From: Clostridia bacterium
GTDB lineage: Bacteria; Bacillota; Clostridia; Christensenellales; Aristaeellaceae
Direction of reading: 5' to 3'
Length of the DNA stretch: 64,000 nt
NCBI GenBank assembly: GCA_017550745.1
Contig: JAFZOG010000137.1
Coordinates: 27,291 to 91,290 of the forward strand
The notes under the pieces are model-generated. The model was not told where the DNA came from. It saw only the letters and a program-made list of their open reading frames with translations, and did no database searches. Position 1 is the first letter of the stretch. Each line of letters starts with the position of its first letter. Positions 35,621 through 45,789 of this stretch are shown here, in pieces. Both the position numbers and the translations under genes were made by a program.

Positions 35621-37843
35621 GTGTACGCGGAAATCATCGTGGATATTGCGTCCGAACAGGTGGACCGCGTATTTACCTATCGCGTGCCGGACACGCTGGA
35701 AATCCTGCCCGGCATGCGGGTGCGGGTTCCGTTCGGGCTGCGGGAGAAAGAGGGGTTCGTCATCCGCCTGAAAGAAACGGCGGATTATGACGAAAGCAAA
35801 ATCAAGCCCATCCTGGCTTCGCTGGAGCCTTATCCCGCGCTGCTGCCGGAATTGATGGAGCTGGCCTGGGAAATCCGCGCCAAGTGCCATTGCCCTCTTT
35901 GCGAAGCGCTGCGGCTGATGCTGCCCGCCGAAATGCGGGGCGGCAGGGTGAAGGTGAAAACCAGGGAATACGCGCAGCTGCTCATCCCGCCTGAACGGAT
36001 CGAAGAGGCCATCAGCGCGCAGAAGCGCTCGAAAACCAGGCAGCTGCTGATCCGCCTGCTTTCCGACGGACAGCCCCATCCGCTGGACGAATTGCGGCCC
36101 TTGATGCGGGATCTGCGCACACCGCTGGCTTATCTGGCAGAACGGGAAATGGTGCGGGTGTTTGAAAAGGAATCCCTGCGGGCGCCCTACTACGGCCGGG
36201 TGGACGCACCGCCCGACCCGGAGCTGACGCCCGAGCAGGCGGAAGCGCTGTCTGAGCTGATTCCTGCGCTGAACCACCCGCAAAAGCCTTTTCTTTTGCA
36301 GGGCGTGACGGGCTCCGGCAAGACGGAGGTCTATATCCGCCTGGTGCGGGAAGCGATGCGGCAGGGGAAAGGCGCTGTCATCCTGGTGCCAGAAATCGTG
36401 CTGACACCCCAGATGATTACCTGGTTCCGCTCCCGGTTCGGGGATACCATGGCGGTGCTGCATTCCCGGCTCAGCGCGGGGGAAAGGTTCGACGAGTGGC
36501 GGCGTATCCGCATGGGCGATGCCCGGATCGTGATCGGGGCGCGTTCGGCGGTATTCGCGCCGGTGGAAAAGCTGGGCGTGGTCATCGTGGACGAGGAACA
36601 CGAGCAGACCTATCTATCCGACCGTTTTCCCCAGTATGATGCCCGGGAGATCGCCGTTTCCCGCGGCAAAAGGGAAGGCGCGGCGGTGCTGCTGGCCAGC
36701 GCAACGCCCAGCGTTTATTCCTACGCCATGACCCGCCGCGGGGACTATACACTGCTGGAAATGCCGCACCGCGTGCTGAACCGGCCTTTGCCGATCGTGC
36801 ATCTGGTGGATATGCGGCAGGAGCTTCGGATGGGAAACCATGGTATGTTCTCCGGCCTTTTGCAGCAGAAGCTGGAAGAATGTATCGCAGGCGGCCACCA
36901 GGCCATGCTGTTCATCAACCGGCGGGGCTATGCCAGCTCGGTGAACTGCCGCAAGTGCGGGGAAACTATCAAATGCTCCCGCTGCGACGTTTCCATGACC
37001 TACCACAGCTTTGACCAGACGCTTCGCTGCCATTACTGCGGCGAGATACGGCCCATGCCAAAGCAGTGTCCCGCGTGCCAGAGCCCTTATATCAAGCCCA
37101 TGGGCATCGGCACGCAAAAGGTGGAGGAGGAGCTGAACAGGCGCTTTCCCGGCGCGGGCGTCATCCGCATGGATGTGGACACCACGTCGGAGAAAAACGC
37201 CCATTTTAAACTGGTGGACCGCTTCCGCGCCGGCCAGGCGAAAATCCTGCTTGGCACGCAGATGATCGCCAAAGGGCTGGACTTTCCCCAGGTGACGCTG
37301 GTTGGCGCGGTGATGGCCGATCTGACGCTGAACTTTCCCGATTACCGTTCCGCGGAGCGCACCTATCAGCTGCTGGTGCAGGTGGCGGGCCGCGCGGGCA
37401 GGGGAGAGCAGCCCGGCGAAGTGGTGATTCAGACCTACCAGCCTGACCATTACGCCATTCGAAGCGCTGCCAGGCAGGATTACCGGGCGTATTTCAACCA
37501 GGAATTTGAGCGGCGCAGAAACGATTTGTATCCGCCCTTTACCATGATGGCCCGCTTCCTTTGCGAGGCAAAGGACATGTCCGCAGCGCTGGGGGCGGCG
37601 GAGATCGTCAAAAACCGGATCGTAGAGGAGTTTTCCCCTTCGCCGCTCTATCGCCGCATTCTCTTCATCCGCGCTGACGAAGCGCCCATCACCCGGATTC
37701 AGGATAAAGCACGGGCGCAGGTTTTAATGAAACTGCTCAATCATCCGGATACGGACAGGCTGCTCCGGCGCTTTCAGGAAATGGCCGGGGAGGAATACCC
37801 GGCCAAGGTACAATTGGAAATCAACCCGGCCTCGCTGGCTTAG
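35621..37843 (+). CDS. priA: primosomal protein N' (replication restart helicase PriA)
   Basis: GTG start 7 nt after AAGGAGG. Walker A GVTGSGKTEVY, the DEEH box and the Cys-rich zinc region CRKCGETIKCSRCDVSMTYH…CHYCG…CPACQS. Confidence 0.9.
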   Translation: MYAEIIVDIASEQVDRVFTYRVPDTLEILPGMRVRVPFGLREKEGFVIRLKETADYDESKIKPILASLEPYPALLPELMELAWEIRAKCHCPLCEALRLMLPAEMRGGRVKVKTREYAQLLIPPERIEEAISAQKRSKTRQLLIRLLSDGQPHPLDELRPLMRDLRTPLAYLAEREMVRVFEKESLRAPYYGRVDAPPDPELTPEQAEALSELIPALNHPQKPFLLQGVTGSGKTEVYIRLVREAMRQGKGAVILVPEIVLTPQMITWFRSRFGDTMAVLHSRLSAGERFDEWRRIRMGDARIVIGARSAVFAPVEKLGVVIVDEEHEQTYLSDRFPQYDAREIAVSRGKREGAAVLLASATPSVYSYAMTRRGDYTLLEMPHRVLNRPLPIVHLVDMRQELRMGNHGMFSGLLQQKLEECIAGGHQAMLFINRRGYASSVNCRKCGETIKCSRCDVSMTYHSFDQTLRCHYCGEIRPMPKQCPACQSPYIKPMGIGTQKVEEELNRRFPGAGVIRMDVDTTSEKNAHFKLVDRFRAGQAKILLGTQMIAKGLDFPQVTLVGAVMADLTLNFPDYRSAERTYQLLVQVAGRAGRGEQPGEVVIQTYQPDHYAIRSAARQDYRAYFNQEFERRRNDLYPPFTMMARFLCEAKDMSAALGAAEIVKNRIVEEFSPSPLYRRILFIRADEAPITRIQDKARAQVLMKLLNHPDTDRLLRRFQEMAGEEYPAKVQLEINPASLA

Positions 37844-37859
37844 GAGGATATAACAGGAT

Positions 37860-38345
37860 ATGGTACGGAAAATTCTCGAATTGGGGGACGAATCCCTGCG
37901 CAAAACCTGCAAACCCATGAAAACCTACGATCTGCGCTTGTGGCTGCTGCTGCGGGATATGGCGGAAACCATGTACAAAGCAGAGGGGGTGGGCCTTGCC
38001 GCGCCGCAGGTGGGCATATTGCGCCGCGTGGTGGTCATCGATGTGGGGGACGATCACGGCCTGATCGAATTGGTAAACCCGGAAATCATCGCCACGGAAG
38101 GCGAGCAGGCGGGCAGCGAGGGGTGCCTGAGCGTGCCGGGGCGCAGAGGCTATGTGGTGCGGCCAAACAAAGTGACCGTCCGCGCCCAGGACAGGAAGGG
38201 CAAGAAGTTTGAAATCACCGGGGAAGGGCTGCTGGCCCGGGCGCTGTGCCATGAAATCGACCACCTGGACGGCGTGATCTACGTGGATATCATGGATCAC
38301 GAAATCTTTGAAGATGAGGAAAATGAAAAGAAGGAGGAACAGTAA
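37860..38345 (+). CDS. def: peptide deformylase
   Basis: Motifs GVGLAAPQ, EGCLSVPG and HEIDHLDG. Confidence 0.95.
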   Translation: MVRKILELGDESLRKTCKPMKTYDLRLWLLLRDMAETMYKAEGVGLAAPQVGILRRVVVIDVGDDHGLIELVNPEIIATEGEQAGSEGCLSVPGRRGYVVRPNKVTVRAQDRKGKKFEITGEGLLARALCHEIDHLDGVIYVDIMDHEIFEDEENEKKEEQ

Positions 38346-39278
38346 ATGCGTGTCGTATTTTTGGGCACGCCGGAGTTTGGCGTTCCTTCTTTAAAAGCGC
38401 TGGTGAGCACGGGCTATGAGGTCGTCGGCGTGTTCACCCAGCCGGACAAGCCCAAGGGCCGGGGCAACAAAATGCTGCCCAGCCCCGTGAAAAGCTGCGC
38501 GCTGGAATACGGCATTCCCGTTTATCAGCCGGTTAAAATCAGGGTGGACGGTGTGGAGGATTTGCGCTCCTTGCAGCCCGACCTGTGCGTCACCGCCGCC
38601 TTCGGCCAGATTTTGTCACAGGAGATTTTGGACATTCCGAAGATCGGCACGGTGAACGTGCATTCCTCCCTGCTGCCAAAATACCGCGGCTCCGCGCCCA
38701 TCAACTGGGCCATCATGGAGGGGGAAACCGCCACCGGCGTCACCACCATGATGACGGACAAGGGCCTGGACACCGGCGATATCCTGCTCAAGCGCGAAGT
38801 GGCGATCCTGCCCGGAGAAACAGCCGAGGAACTGACCTCACGCCTTGCGCCCATCGGCGCGGAGCTGCTGATCGAAACCATCCAGGGCCTGGAGGCGGGC
38901 ACGGTGCAGCGGATCAGGCAGGACGAAAACGAGGCCAGCTATTTCCCCATGCTGAAAAAAGAAATGGGGGAGATCGACTGGCATATGCCCGCGGGTCGGA
39001 TCGTGTGCCGTGTCCGTGGCCTGACGCCCTGGCCGGGCAGCAGCTTTACCTGGGGCGGGAATGAAACCGTCAAGGTCTGGAAAGCGGAGGAAACGGAGAA
39101 TCCGGGGAAAGCGCCGGGTGAAATCATCTGCGCCGACGCGAAAAAAGGCCTTATTATCGCTGCCGGGGAAAACGCCGTACGGGTGATCGAATTGCAGGCC
39201 CCCGGCGGCAAGCGCATGAGCGCCAAGGACTATTTGCGGGGGCATCCGGTGGCCTATGCAGAGGTACGTGTTTTATGA
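38346..39278 (+). CDS. fmt: methionyl-tRNA formyltransferase
   Basis: MRVVFLGTPEFGVPSL… and HSSLLPKYRGSAPINWAI. Confidence 0.95.
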   Translation: MRVVFLGTPEFGVPSLKALVSTGYEVVGVFTQPDKPKGRGNKMLPSPVKSCALEYGIPVYQPVKIRVDGVEDLRSLQPDLCVTAAFGQILSQEILDIPKIGTVNVHSSLLPKYRGSAPINWAIMEGETATGVTTMMTDKGLDTGDILLKREVAILPGETAEELTSRLAPIGAELLIETIQGLEAGTVQRIRQDENEASYFPMLKKEMGEIDWHMPAGRIVCRVRGLTPWPGSSFTWGGNETVKVWKAEETENPGKAPGEIICADAKKGLIIAAGENAVRVIELQAPGGKRMSAKDYLRGHPVAYAEVRVL

Positions 39279-39850
39279 TTCGCTCCCTCGCTTTGTGTTT
39301 GCTGGCGGTATCGTTGGTTTTTTCTGTCCCGGCGAAGAATGTGGGATTCTCCGAGGATACTCAGCTTTCGGAAACGGATTGGGAGGAAATGATGAAACAA
39401 TACCGCTATGAGGAATATGAAGCACTGTATTTTGCCGTGATTGAGCAGTGCGGAGAGCCTGGCACCCCGGATTTTCTGACCCATCCTAAATCTGTGCAAT
39501 CACTGTTCGTTGCGATGATGTTTGATATGGAGATTCAAAACGGCGGTGTAGCGCAGTTTTTCTGGAACGATGGCTCTGTATACGCCAAGTTGGTGCCGGA
39601 TGCTCTCCACGAAATTGGCATGGACGATGTGGCGGCGCTCTATGAACAGTTTGTTCAGGAAAAAAACATTACGTTAGAAGAAATCGACACCTATCGGGAA
39701 CGCTTTCCCATGATGGAAGAGGATTTCTATGCGTATCATCCTTTCGATGAATTCGACGAAGCTTATATGAATATTTGGAAAGAAACCAACATCAATGCCC
39801 GTTTTCTGGATTATGCCGCGAAACACCCGGAAATCAACGAAGCTGAGTAA
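39275..39850 (+). CDS. DUF4375 / DMP19-like protein with N-terminal hydrophobic segment
   Basis: ATGA overlap with the fmt stop. The block FDMEIQNGGVAQFFWNDG is the NGG..QFF.N signature I associate with DUF4375 (DMP19 C-terminal domain). By eye the gene is clearly AT-richer than its flanks. Confidence 0.55.
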   Translation: MIRSLALCLLAVSLVFSVPAKNVGFSEDTQLSETDWEEMMKQYRYEEYEALYFAVIEQCGEPGTPDFLTHPKSVQSLFVAMMFDMEIQNGGVAQFFWNDGSVYAKLVPDALHEIGMDDVAALYEQFVQEKNITLEEIDTYRERFPMMEEDFYAYHPFDEFDEAYMNIWKETNINARFLDYAAKHPEINEAE

Positions 39851-39867
39851 ATTTGGAGGAAATGCTC

Positions 39868-41436
39868 ATGGAGAAGGACAGCACCCAAAGGGGCAAGCGC
39901 CCCTTTGTTGCCAAGCCAAACGATAAAAAGCCCTACGGAAAGCCAGTGGGAAAACCGGGCGAAAAGAAATCTTATGGAAAGCCAGGCGATAAAAAGCCTT
40001 ATGGCAAACCGGCAGGGCGCACCTTTGGCAAGCCGGCTGGTAAAGCTGGCCCCTATGGCCGAAAGCCAGAGTCCAAGCCTGCCCACGCCCCCAATGCTCC
40101 CAGCAGCCTGAGCCGGAAGGTAGCGCTGCAAATCTTCCAGGACGTGGTGCGCAAGGACGCTTACGCCGCCCTGTCCCTGGATGACCGGCTGAAGAACACC
40201 AACCTGCCCCAGCTGGACAAGCGGTTTTGCGCCAGCATCGTATACACCACCCTGGAAAACCTGATCCGCATCGACTACGCCCTGAGCTTTTTCTTAAAGG
40301 ACGCGGAATCCCTGGAGCCCACCGTGCGGGACATCCTGCGCATCAGCGCGTGCCAGCTTTTGTTCCATGACCGGATTCCCGAAAACGCCATCGTGGACGA
40401 GGCGGTGAAGCTGACCCGGGGCGCGGGGCTGGAGGGATTGACCGGCCTTACCAACGCGGTGCTGCGCTCCATGGTGCGCGGCAAGAATGAAATCAAATGG
40501 CCCAGGCCGGAGGAAGGGGCGAAATACCTTTCCATTATGTATTCCGTTCCGATGTGGCTGGCGGAACGGCTGACAGCCGCTTACGGCCCGGAAACCGCCG
40601 AAGCGATTTGTTCCTATCGCAGCGAATCCCATTTCACAACCATCCGGCCCAACATGAACCAGTACACGGACGAAGCCTTTGAAGCGCTGCTGCAAAAGAA
40701 GGTCTGGGAAGTGGAAAAAGGCGCGGTGGCCCACGCTTACCGGGTGCGCAGGGCAGCGGAAATCGCCCAGGACGCCGACTACCTGGCGGGACATTTTTCC
40801 ATCCAGGGGGAAAGCAGCATGCTGGCCGCCCAGGCGGTGAACGTGAGAGCGGGCATGCAGGTGTTGGACTGCTGCGCGGCCCCCGGCGGAAAGACCGCCT
40901 ATCTGGCGGAAAGCATGGGCGGCGCGGGCCGGGTCTATGCCTGGGACTTGCATGAGCACCGGGTAACGCTCATCCGCGCCATGATGCGGCGGCTGCGCCT
41001 TGAAAACGTGCGGCCGGCGGTGCGGGATGCGGCGGTGCTGAAAGAAGATCTGGCTGGCGCCATGGACGCGGTGCTGCTGGACGCGCCCTGCTCCGGGCTG
41101 GGCGTGATGGACGATAAACCGGACATCAAATACCGCGCTACCCCGGAATCGGTGCGGGAACTGAAAGAGACTCAGGAAAAGCTGCTGGATACCTGCTGCC
41201 AGTATGTGAAGCGGAACGGAACGCTGGTATATTCCACCTGCAGCGTGCTGCCGGAGGAAAACGGGGAGCAGGTGAAGCGGTTCCTGGAAAAGCATCCCGA
41301 GTTCACGCTGGCCCCGCTGCCGGAAACCATCGACCAGCGATTCCGAAAAGAATACACGGAGACCGGGCTTCAGCTGCTGCCTCATCGGGACGGGGTGGAG
41401 GGCTTCTTCATTGCCCGGATGAAACGGATCAAGTAA
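39868..41436 (+). CDS. rsmB: 16S rRNA (cytosine967-C5)-methyltransferase RsmB with Lys/Pro/Gly-rich N-terminal extension
   Basis: ATG 39868 lies 7 nt after GGAGGA. A NusB-like region starting near SRKVALQIFQDV is followed by the methyltransferase core (DCCAAPGGKT, DAPCSGLG, YSTCS). The first ~80 aa carry five Y/F-G-K/R-(K)-P repeats. Confidence 0.85.
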   Translation: MEKDSTQRGKRPFVAKPNDKKPYGKPVGKPGEKKSYGKPGDKKPYGKPAGRTFGKPAGKAGPYGRKPESKPAHAPNAPSSLSRKVALQIFQDVVRKDAYAALSLDDRLKNTNLPQLDKRFCASIVYTTLENLIRIDYALSFFLKDAESLEPTVRDILRISACQLLFHDRIPENAIVDEAVKLTRGAGLEGLTGLTNAVLRSMVRGKNEIKWPRPEEGAKYLSIMYSVPMWLAERLTAAYGPETAEAICSYRSESHFTTIRPNMNQYTDEAFEALLQKKVWEVEKGAVAHAYRVRRAAEIAQDADYLAGHFSIQGESSMLAAQAVNVRAGMQVLDCCAAPGGKTAYLAESMGGAGRVYAWDLHEHRVTLIRAMMRRLRLENVRPAVRDAAVLKEDLAGAMDAVLLDAPCSGLGVMDDKPDIKYRATPESVRELKETQEKLLDTCCQYVKRNGTLVYSTCSVLPEENGEQVKRFLEKHPEFTLAPLPETIDQRFRKEYTETGLQLLPHRDGVEGFFIARMKRIK

Positions 41437-42483
41437 ATGGAGAATCAGCAAATACAATGGATGGGGCTGTATCCGGAGGAACTGAAGCAGCGGCTTGCCC
41501 AGATGGGGGAAAAGCCTTTCCGCGCCGGGCAGGTGTTTTCCTGGCTGCATAAAGGCGCGCGCTTTGAGGAAATGACGAACCTCTCCCTTTCCCTCAGGGA
41601 AAAGCTGGCGGAAATCGGCATGGATCAGCCGGTGGCGGTACGGGAAACGCGGGTATCCAAACTGGACGGGACAAAGAAATTTCTCTTTGCCCTGCCGGAC
41701 GGCAACTGCGTGGAGGGCGTGCTGATGCGCTACCATTACGGCGCGACGCTGTGTATCTCCACCCAGGTAGGATGCAAAATGGGCTGCCGCTTCTGCGCAA
41801 GCACCCTGGAGGGCTGCCTTCGGAACCTGACCGCGGCCGAAATGCTGGGAGAAGTGCAATGCGCCCATGCCGAAATGAAGGGCGAACGGGTGCACAATAT
41901 CGTGCTCATGGGCAGCGGCGAACCTATGGATAACTATGACGAGGTGGTTCGTTACCTCCGGCTGGTTTCTCACCCGGAGGGGCTGAATATCGGCCTGCGC
42001 CACATTTCCGTCAGCACCTGCGGGCTGGTGCCGCAGATGAAGCGCTTTGCCGACGAAGGATTGCCCGTTACTTTATCGCTGTCCCTGCATGCGCCGAACG
42101 ATGCCATCCGCAAACAGATCATGCCCATCGCCCAGCGTTACACCATCGGCGAAACCCTGGACACCTGCCGGTATTATATTGAAAAAACCGGCCGCCGTGT
42201 GGTGATGGAATACGCTTTGATCGACGGCGTGAACGCTTCCATCGCCTGCGCGGAGGAATTGGCGGACCGGCTTCGGGGGATGCAGTGCCATGTGAACCTG
42301 ATCCCGCTGAATACAGTAAAGGAAAGAAACCTGTTCGGCGTGACGGAAAAGCAGGTGCAGGATTTCTTATCTGTCCTGGAAAAGCGCCGTATTTCCGCTA
42401 CGCGCCGCCGTGAAATGGGCGACGACATCGAAGGCGCGTGCGGCCAGCTGCGAAAGAAAGTATTACAGGAGGAGCAAGCATGA
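41437..42483 (+). CDS. rlmN: 23S rRNA (adenine2503-C2)-methyltransferase, radical SAM
   Basis: CKMGCRFCAS radical-SAM cluster motif and GSGEPMDN. Confidence 0.9.
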   Translation: MENQQIQWMGLYPEELKQRLAQMGEKPFRAGQVFSWLHKGARFEEMTNLSLSLREKLAEIGMDQPVAVRETRVSKLDGTKKFLFALPDGNCVEGVLMRYHYGATLCISTQVGCKMGCRFCASTLEGCLRNLTAAEMLGEVQCAHAEMKGERVHNIVLMGSGEPMDNYDEVVRYLRLVSHPEGLNIGLRHISVSTCGLVPQMKRFADEGLPVTLSLSLHAPNDAIRKQIMPIAQRYTIGETLDTCRYYIEKTGRRVVMEYALIDGVNASIACAEELADRLRGMQCHVNLIPLNTVKERNLFGVTEKQVQDFLSVLEKRRISATRRREMGDDIEGACGQLRKKVLQEEQA

Positions 42484-43187
42484 TATCGGCAGCCAGAACC
42501 CATATTGGCAAGGTGCGCGCGTCAAACCAGGACGCGCTGCTGGTGCATCCCGGGAAACATGGACTGTATGGGGTAGCGGACGGTATGGGCGGCCATAAGG
42601 CGGGGGACGTGGCCAGTAAAATGGCGGTGGCCGTGGTGGAAAACGCGCTGAAGAAAGCGCGTCCGTCAGCGGATCTGCTGCGTTCGGCGATTCAGGAAGC
42701 CAATCTGCTGATTTATGAAGAACAGCTTGGCAACCCGGATTACAGCGGCATGGGCACCACCATGACCGTCATATGGGAGGATGGCAGCCGCATTCTGCTG
42801 GGACATGTAGGTGACAGCCGGGCGTACCGCATTCGTAAAAACGAGATCCGGCAGATCAGCATGGACCATTCCATGGTGGCGGAAATGGTGCGCAACGGAT
42901 ACCTGACTGAAAGGGAAGCGCGTGTGCATCCATACCGCAATATCATTACCCGCGCCCTGGGCACGGATGATTCCGTGGCGGTGGACGTGGACATTCTGGA
43001 TAAGAAGCAGGGAGATATTTACCTTTTGTGCTCTGACGGCTTGTCCGAATACGTGCTGCCGGAACAGATGCTGATGGTGATGCGCGGCAATTCCCTGGAG
43101 AAGGCGGCGGATATCCTGCTGAATATGGCGCTGGAAGGCGGCGGAAGGGACAATATCTCTGTGGTGCTGGCGGAGGTGACGGCATGA
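42480..43187 (+). CDS. stp: PP2C-family Ser/Thr protein phosphatase
   Basis: ATGA overlap with rlmN. RASNQDA, ADGMGGH and DNISVV blocks. Confidence 0.9.
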   Translation: MISAARTHIGKVRASNQDALLVHPGKHGLYGVADGMGGHKAGDVASKMAVAVVENALKKARPSADLLRSAIQEANLLIYEEQLGNPDYSGMGTTMTVIWEDGSRILLGHVGDSRAYRIRKNEIRQISMDHSMVAEMVRNGYLTEREARVHPYRNIITRALGTDDSVAVDVDILDKKQGDIYLLCSDGLSEYVLPEQMLMVMRGNSLEKAADILLNMALEGGGRDNISVVLAEVTA

Positions 43188-44893
43188 TCGGCAAAGTGCT
43201 GGACAACCGCTACGATCTGGTGGAATTCATCGGCAAGGGCGGTATGGCGCTGGTGTACCGGGCGGTAGACAGGCGCACGGGCCATTCCGTTGCGGTGAAG
43301 ATCCTGCGGCCTGAGTATAACCAGGACGCTGAGTTTTCCGCCCGTTTCCAGCGGGAAGCGCTGGCAGCCAGCCGCATGAGCCACCATAATATCGTCAACC
43401 TGCTGGATGTGGGCCAGGTGGACAACATGCGATACCTGGTGATGGAATACGTGCAGGGACGCACCCTCAAGGAAGTGATCCGCCAGAAGGGCGCCCTGCC
43501 GCCCACCATCGCCGCGCAGATCGGCATCCGCATTTTATCCGCTTTGCAGCACGCGCATAAAAAGGGCATCATTCACCGTGATATCAAGCCCCAGAACGTG
43601 CTGGTGGATCAGGATGGGCTGATCAAGGTGGCTGATTTCGGCATCGCCCGCGTGGCAGGCTGGGACACTGTCAGCTCCGAAGACAGCGTGATGGGCTCCG
43701 TGCATTATTTTTCGCCGGAGCAGGCGCAGGGCAAGCCGGTCACCGCGGCCAGCGATCTTTACAGCGTGGGCGTGGTGCTCTATGAAATGCTGACGGGCAA
43801 GCCGCCCTTTGAGGGGGAGACCCCGGTGGCTGTCGCCATGCAGCACATCGGCAGCAAAGCCCGCCCCATCTCTGAAATCAATCCGGCCGTTCCGCCGGCG
43901 ATGGAGCGCGTGGTGGAAAAGGCGATGGAGAAGAAGCCGGCCAACCGTTACCAGAGCGCCTTTGAAATGGCCCAGGACCTGCAGCGCGCCTTGCAGGAGC
44001 CCGACGGTACCTGGATGACCCGTCTGCCTGATAAAACCGCGCTGAATCAGGAACTGCATTCGGGCAATACGGGAAAACAGAATACCGTTTCATCGGGCAG
44101 TTCCGTATGGAAAAGAGCCGGGGCAGCCGTCATGATCCTTGTGGTCATCGGAGGCATGCTTTTTGGCGCGCTGCGTATTTACGACCAGGTGGTGAACACC
44201 ACGGAAGCGCCGTACTGCCTGGATGAGGAGGAAGCCGATGCGAGGCGGCTTGCCATCCGCGCCGGCCTTTTGCTGGAAATCACCCGCACCAGCGACGCGA
44301 TCAAGCCCACCGGCACGGTGATCATGCAGTCCCCGGAATACGGCACCATCATGCGCAAGGGAGAAACGCTGTGCCTTACGATCTCCACCGGGCCCGAGGA
44401 ACAGCAGATCCCCAACCTGATCGGCAAAACGGTGGATGAGGCCAAAACAGAGCTTGACCGTTTCGGTTTTACCCTGCTGGCGCTTCCGAACCGCGTCATA
44501 TCAAATTCACCGTGGGATACGGTGCTTACCCAAAAGCCTGCTCCGGGAGATATGATGCCGAACGGCACCGTGGTGCAGGTGACGCTCAGCGGCGGAAGCG
44601 TGACGCTGCCGGACTTCGTGGGCATGACCCGCAAGGACGCGCTGTTCATGGTGCAGCAGATGAAGCTGACGCTGGTGGAAATCCGCGAAATACCCGTGGA
44701 CGACGCCACGCAGTTTGAGCGCGTGGCGGCCCAGTTCATTTCGGACGGCGATTCCAAAGAATTCAAGCCCGGGGACCAGGTGATGCAGCAGACCCAGGTG
44801 ACGCTTGCGGTCTATGTTCCCAGCGAGGCGGCGAAGGCCGCCACGGCTACCACGGAGCCCGCGTCCACGCCCAGGCAGGAGGCCACGCCATGA
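43184..44893 (+). CDS. prkC: Ser/Thr protein kinase with C-terminal PASTA repeats
   Basis: Kinase motifs VAVKIL, HRDIKPQN and DFGIA, then a TM helix (AAVMILVVIGGMLFGAL) and an extracellular PASTA-like region. Confidence 0.9.
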   Translation: MIGKVLDNRYDLVEFIGKGGMALVYRAVDRRTGHSVAVKILRPEYNQDAEFSARFQREALAASRMSHHNIVNLLDVGQVDNMRYLVMEYVQGRTLKEVIRQKGALPPTIAAQIGIRILSALQHAHKKGIIHRDIKPQNVLVDQDGLIKVADFGIARVAGWDTVSSEDSVMGSVHYFSPEQAQGKPVTAASDLYSVGVVLYEMLTGKPPFEGETPVAVAMQHIGSKARPISEINPAVPPAMERVVEKAMEKKPANRYQSAFEMAQDLQRALQEPDGTWMTRLPDKTALNQELHSGNTGKQNTVSSGSSVWKRAGAAVMILVVIGGMLFGALRIYDQVVNTTEAPYCLDEEEADARRLAIRAGLLLEITRTSDAIKPTGTVIMQSPEYGTIMRKGETLCLTISTGPEEQQIPNLIGKTVDEAKTELDRFGFTLLALPNRVISNSPWDTVLTQKPAPGDMMPNGTVVQVTLSGGSVTLPDFVGMTRKDALFMVQQMKLTLVEIREIPVDDATQFERVAAQFISDGDSKEFKPGDQVMQQTQVTLAVYVPSEAAKAATATTEPASTPRQEATP

Positions 44894-45789
44894 TGGAGGG
44901 CGTGATCGTGCGGGGGCGAGGCGGTTTTTATACCGTACGGGACGAGGCGGGGCAGGAATATGTGCTGCGGGCCAAAAAGAAATTCCGCCGCCAGAAGGTT
45001 ACCCCCCTGGTGGGGGACCGGGTGCTGTTCACGCCGGGGGAGGGAAAAGAAGAAGGCAAAGAGGAGGACGGCTGGGTGGAGGAAATCCTGCCCCGCGTCA
45101 GCCAGTGCCCGCGTCCGCCGGTGGCCAATGTAAGCATCCTGTGCATCGTTGTGGCGCCTGCCCCGGAGCCGGACTGGATGCTGGTGGACAAGCTGCTGAT
45201 TTTTGCCTGGAAACAGCATATCCGGCCTCTGCTGATCCTGAATAAAGCCGATCTGCCCGGCGCGGAGGAAGCGGCGGCGCTGGCAAAAGCCATGTATGCC
45301 GGAGCGAAGGTGGACGTTCTGTGCGTCAGCGCGAAAAGCGGCGAAAACACGGAGCGCCTGAAAGCGTGCTTAAGCGGCGGCGTGTGCTGCTTTTCGGGCC
45401 AGAGCGGCGTGGGAAAATCCACCCTGCTGAACGCGCTTTTCGGTTTATCCCAGGAGACGGGAGACATCAGCCGCAAAATCCAGCGGGGAAAGAATACCAC
45501 CCGCCACGCAGAGCTGTTTTCCTTTGGCGATATTCGGGTGATCGACACGCCCGGCTTCAGTCTATTGGAGCTGGACGAGGTGTTTGATCCGGTGCTGCTG
45601 CGGGACTATTACCCTGAGTTTGCGCCTTATGAAAACGCCTGCCGGTTCTCACCCTGCTACCACGGCAGCGAACCCGGCTGCGCGGTATTGCGGGCTGCCG
45701 GAGAAGGAGCGGTCCATCCCGCGCGGCTGGAGAGATACCATATCTTACTGGCGGAATGCCGTCAGGCCTGGAGGGAACGCTATGATTAA
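44890..45789 (+). CDS. rsgA: ribosome small subunit-dependent GTPase A
   Basis: LNKADL, GQSGVGKSTLLN and the C-terminal zinc site CRFSPCYHGSEPGC. Confidence 0.9.
   Translation: MMEGVIVRGRGGFYTVRDEAGQEYVLRAKKKFRRQKVTPLVGDRVLFTPGEGKEEGKEEDGWVEEILPRVSQCPRPPVANVSILCIVVAPAPEPDWMLVDKLLIFAWKQHIRPLLILNKADLPGAEEAAALAKAMYAGAKVDVLCVSAKSGENTERLKACLSGGVCCFSGQSGVGKSTLLNALFGLSQETGDISRKIQRGKNTTRHAELFSFGDIRVIDTPGFSLLELDEVFDPVLLRDYYPEFAPYENACRFSPCYHGSEPGCAVLRAAGEGAVHPARLERYHILLAECRQAWRERYD

Noticed and set aside
34280-36601. 773-aa minus-strand ORF
   Set aside because: It is antisense to coaBC and priA. The product is Arg/His/Pro/Gly-rich with no recognisable domain. Shadow ORF.
40294-42003. 569-aa minus-strand ORF
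   Set aside because: It is antisense to rsmB and rlmN, both identified by strong motifs.
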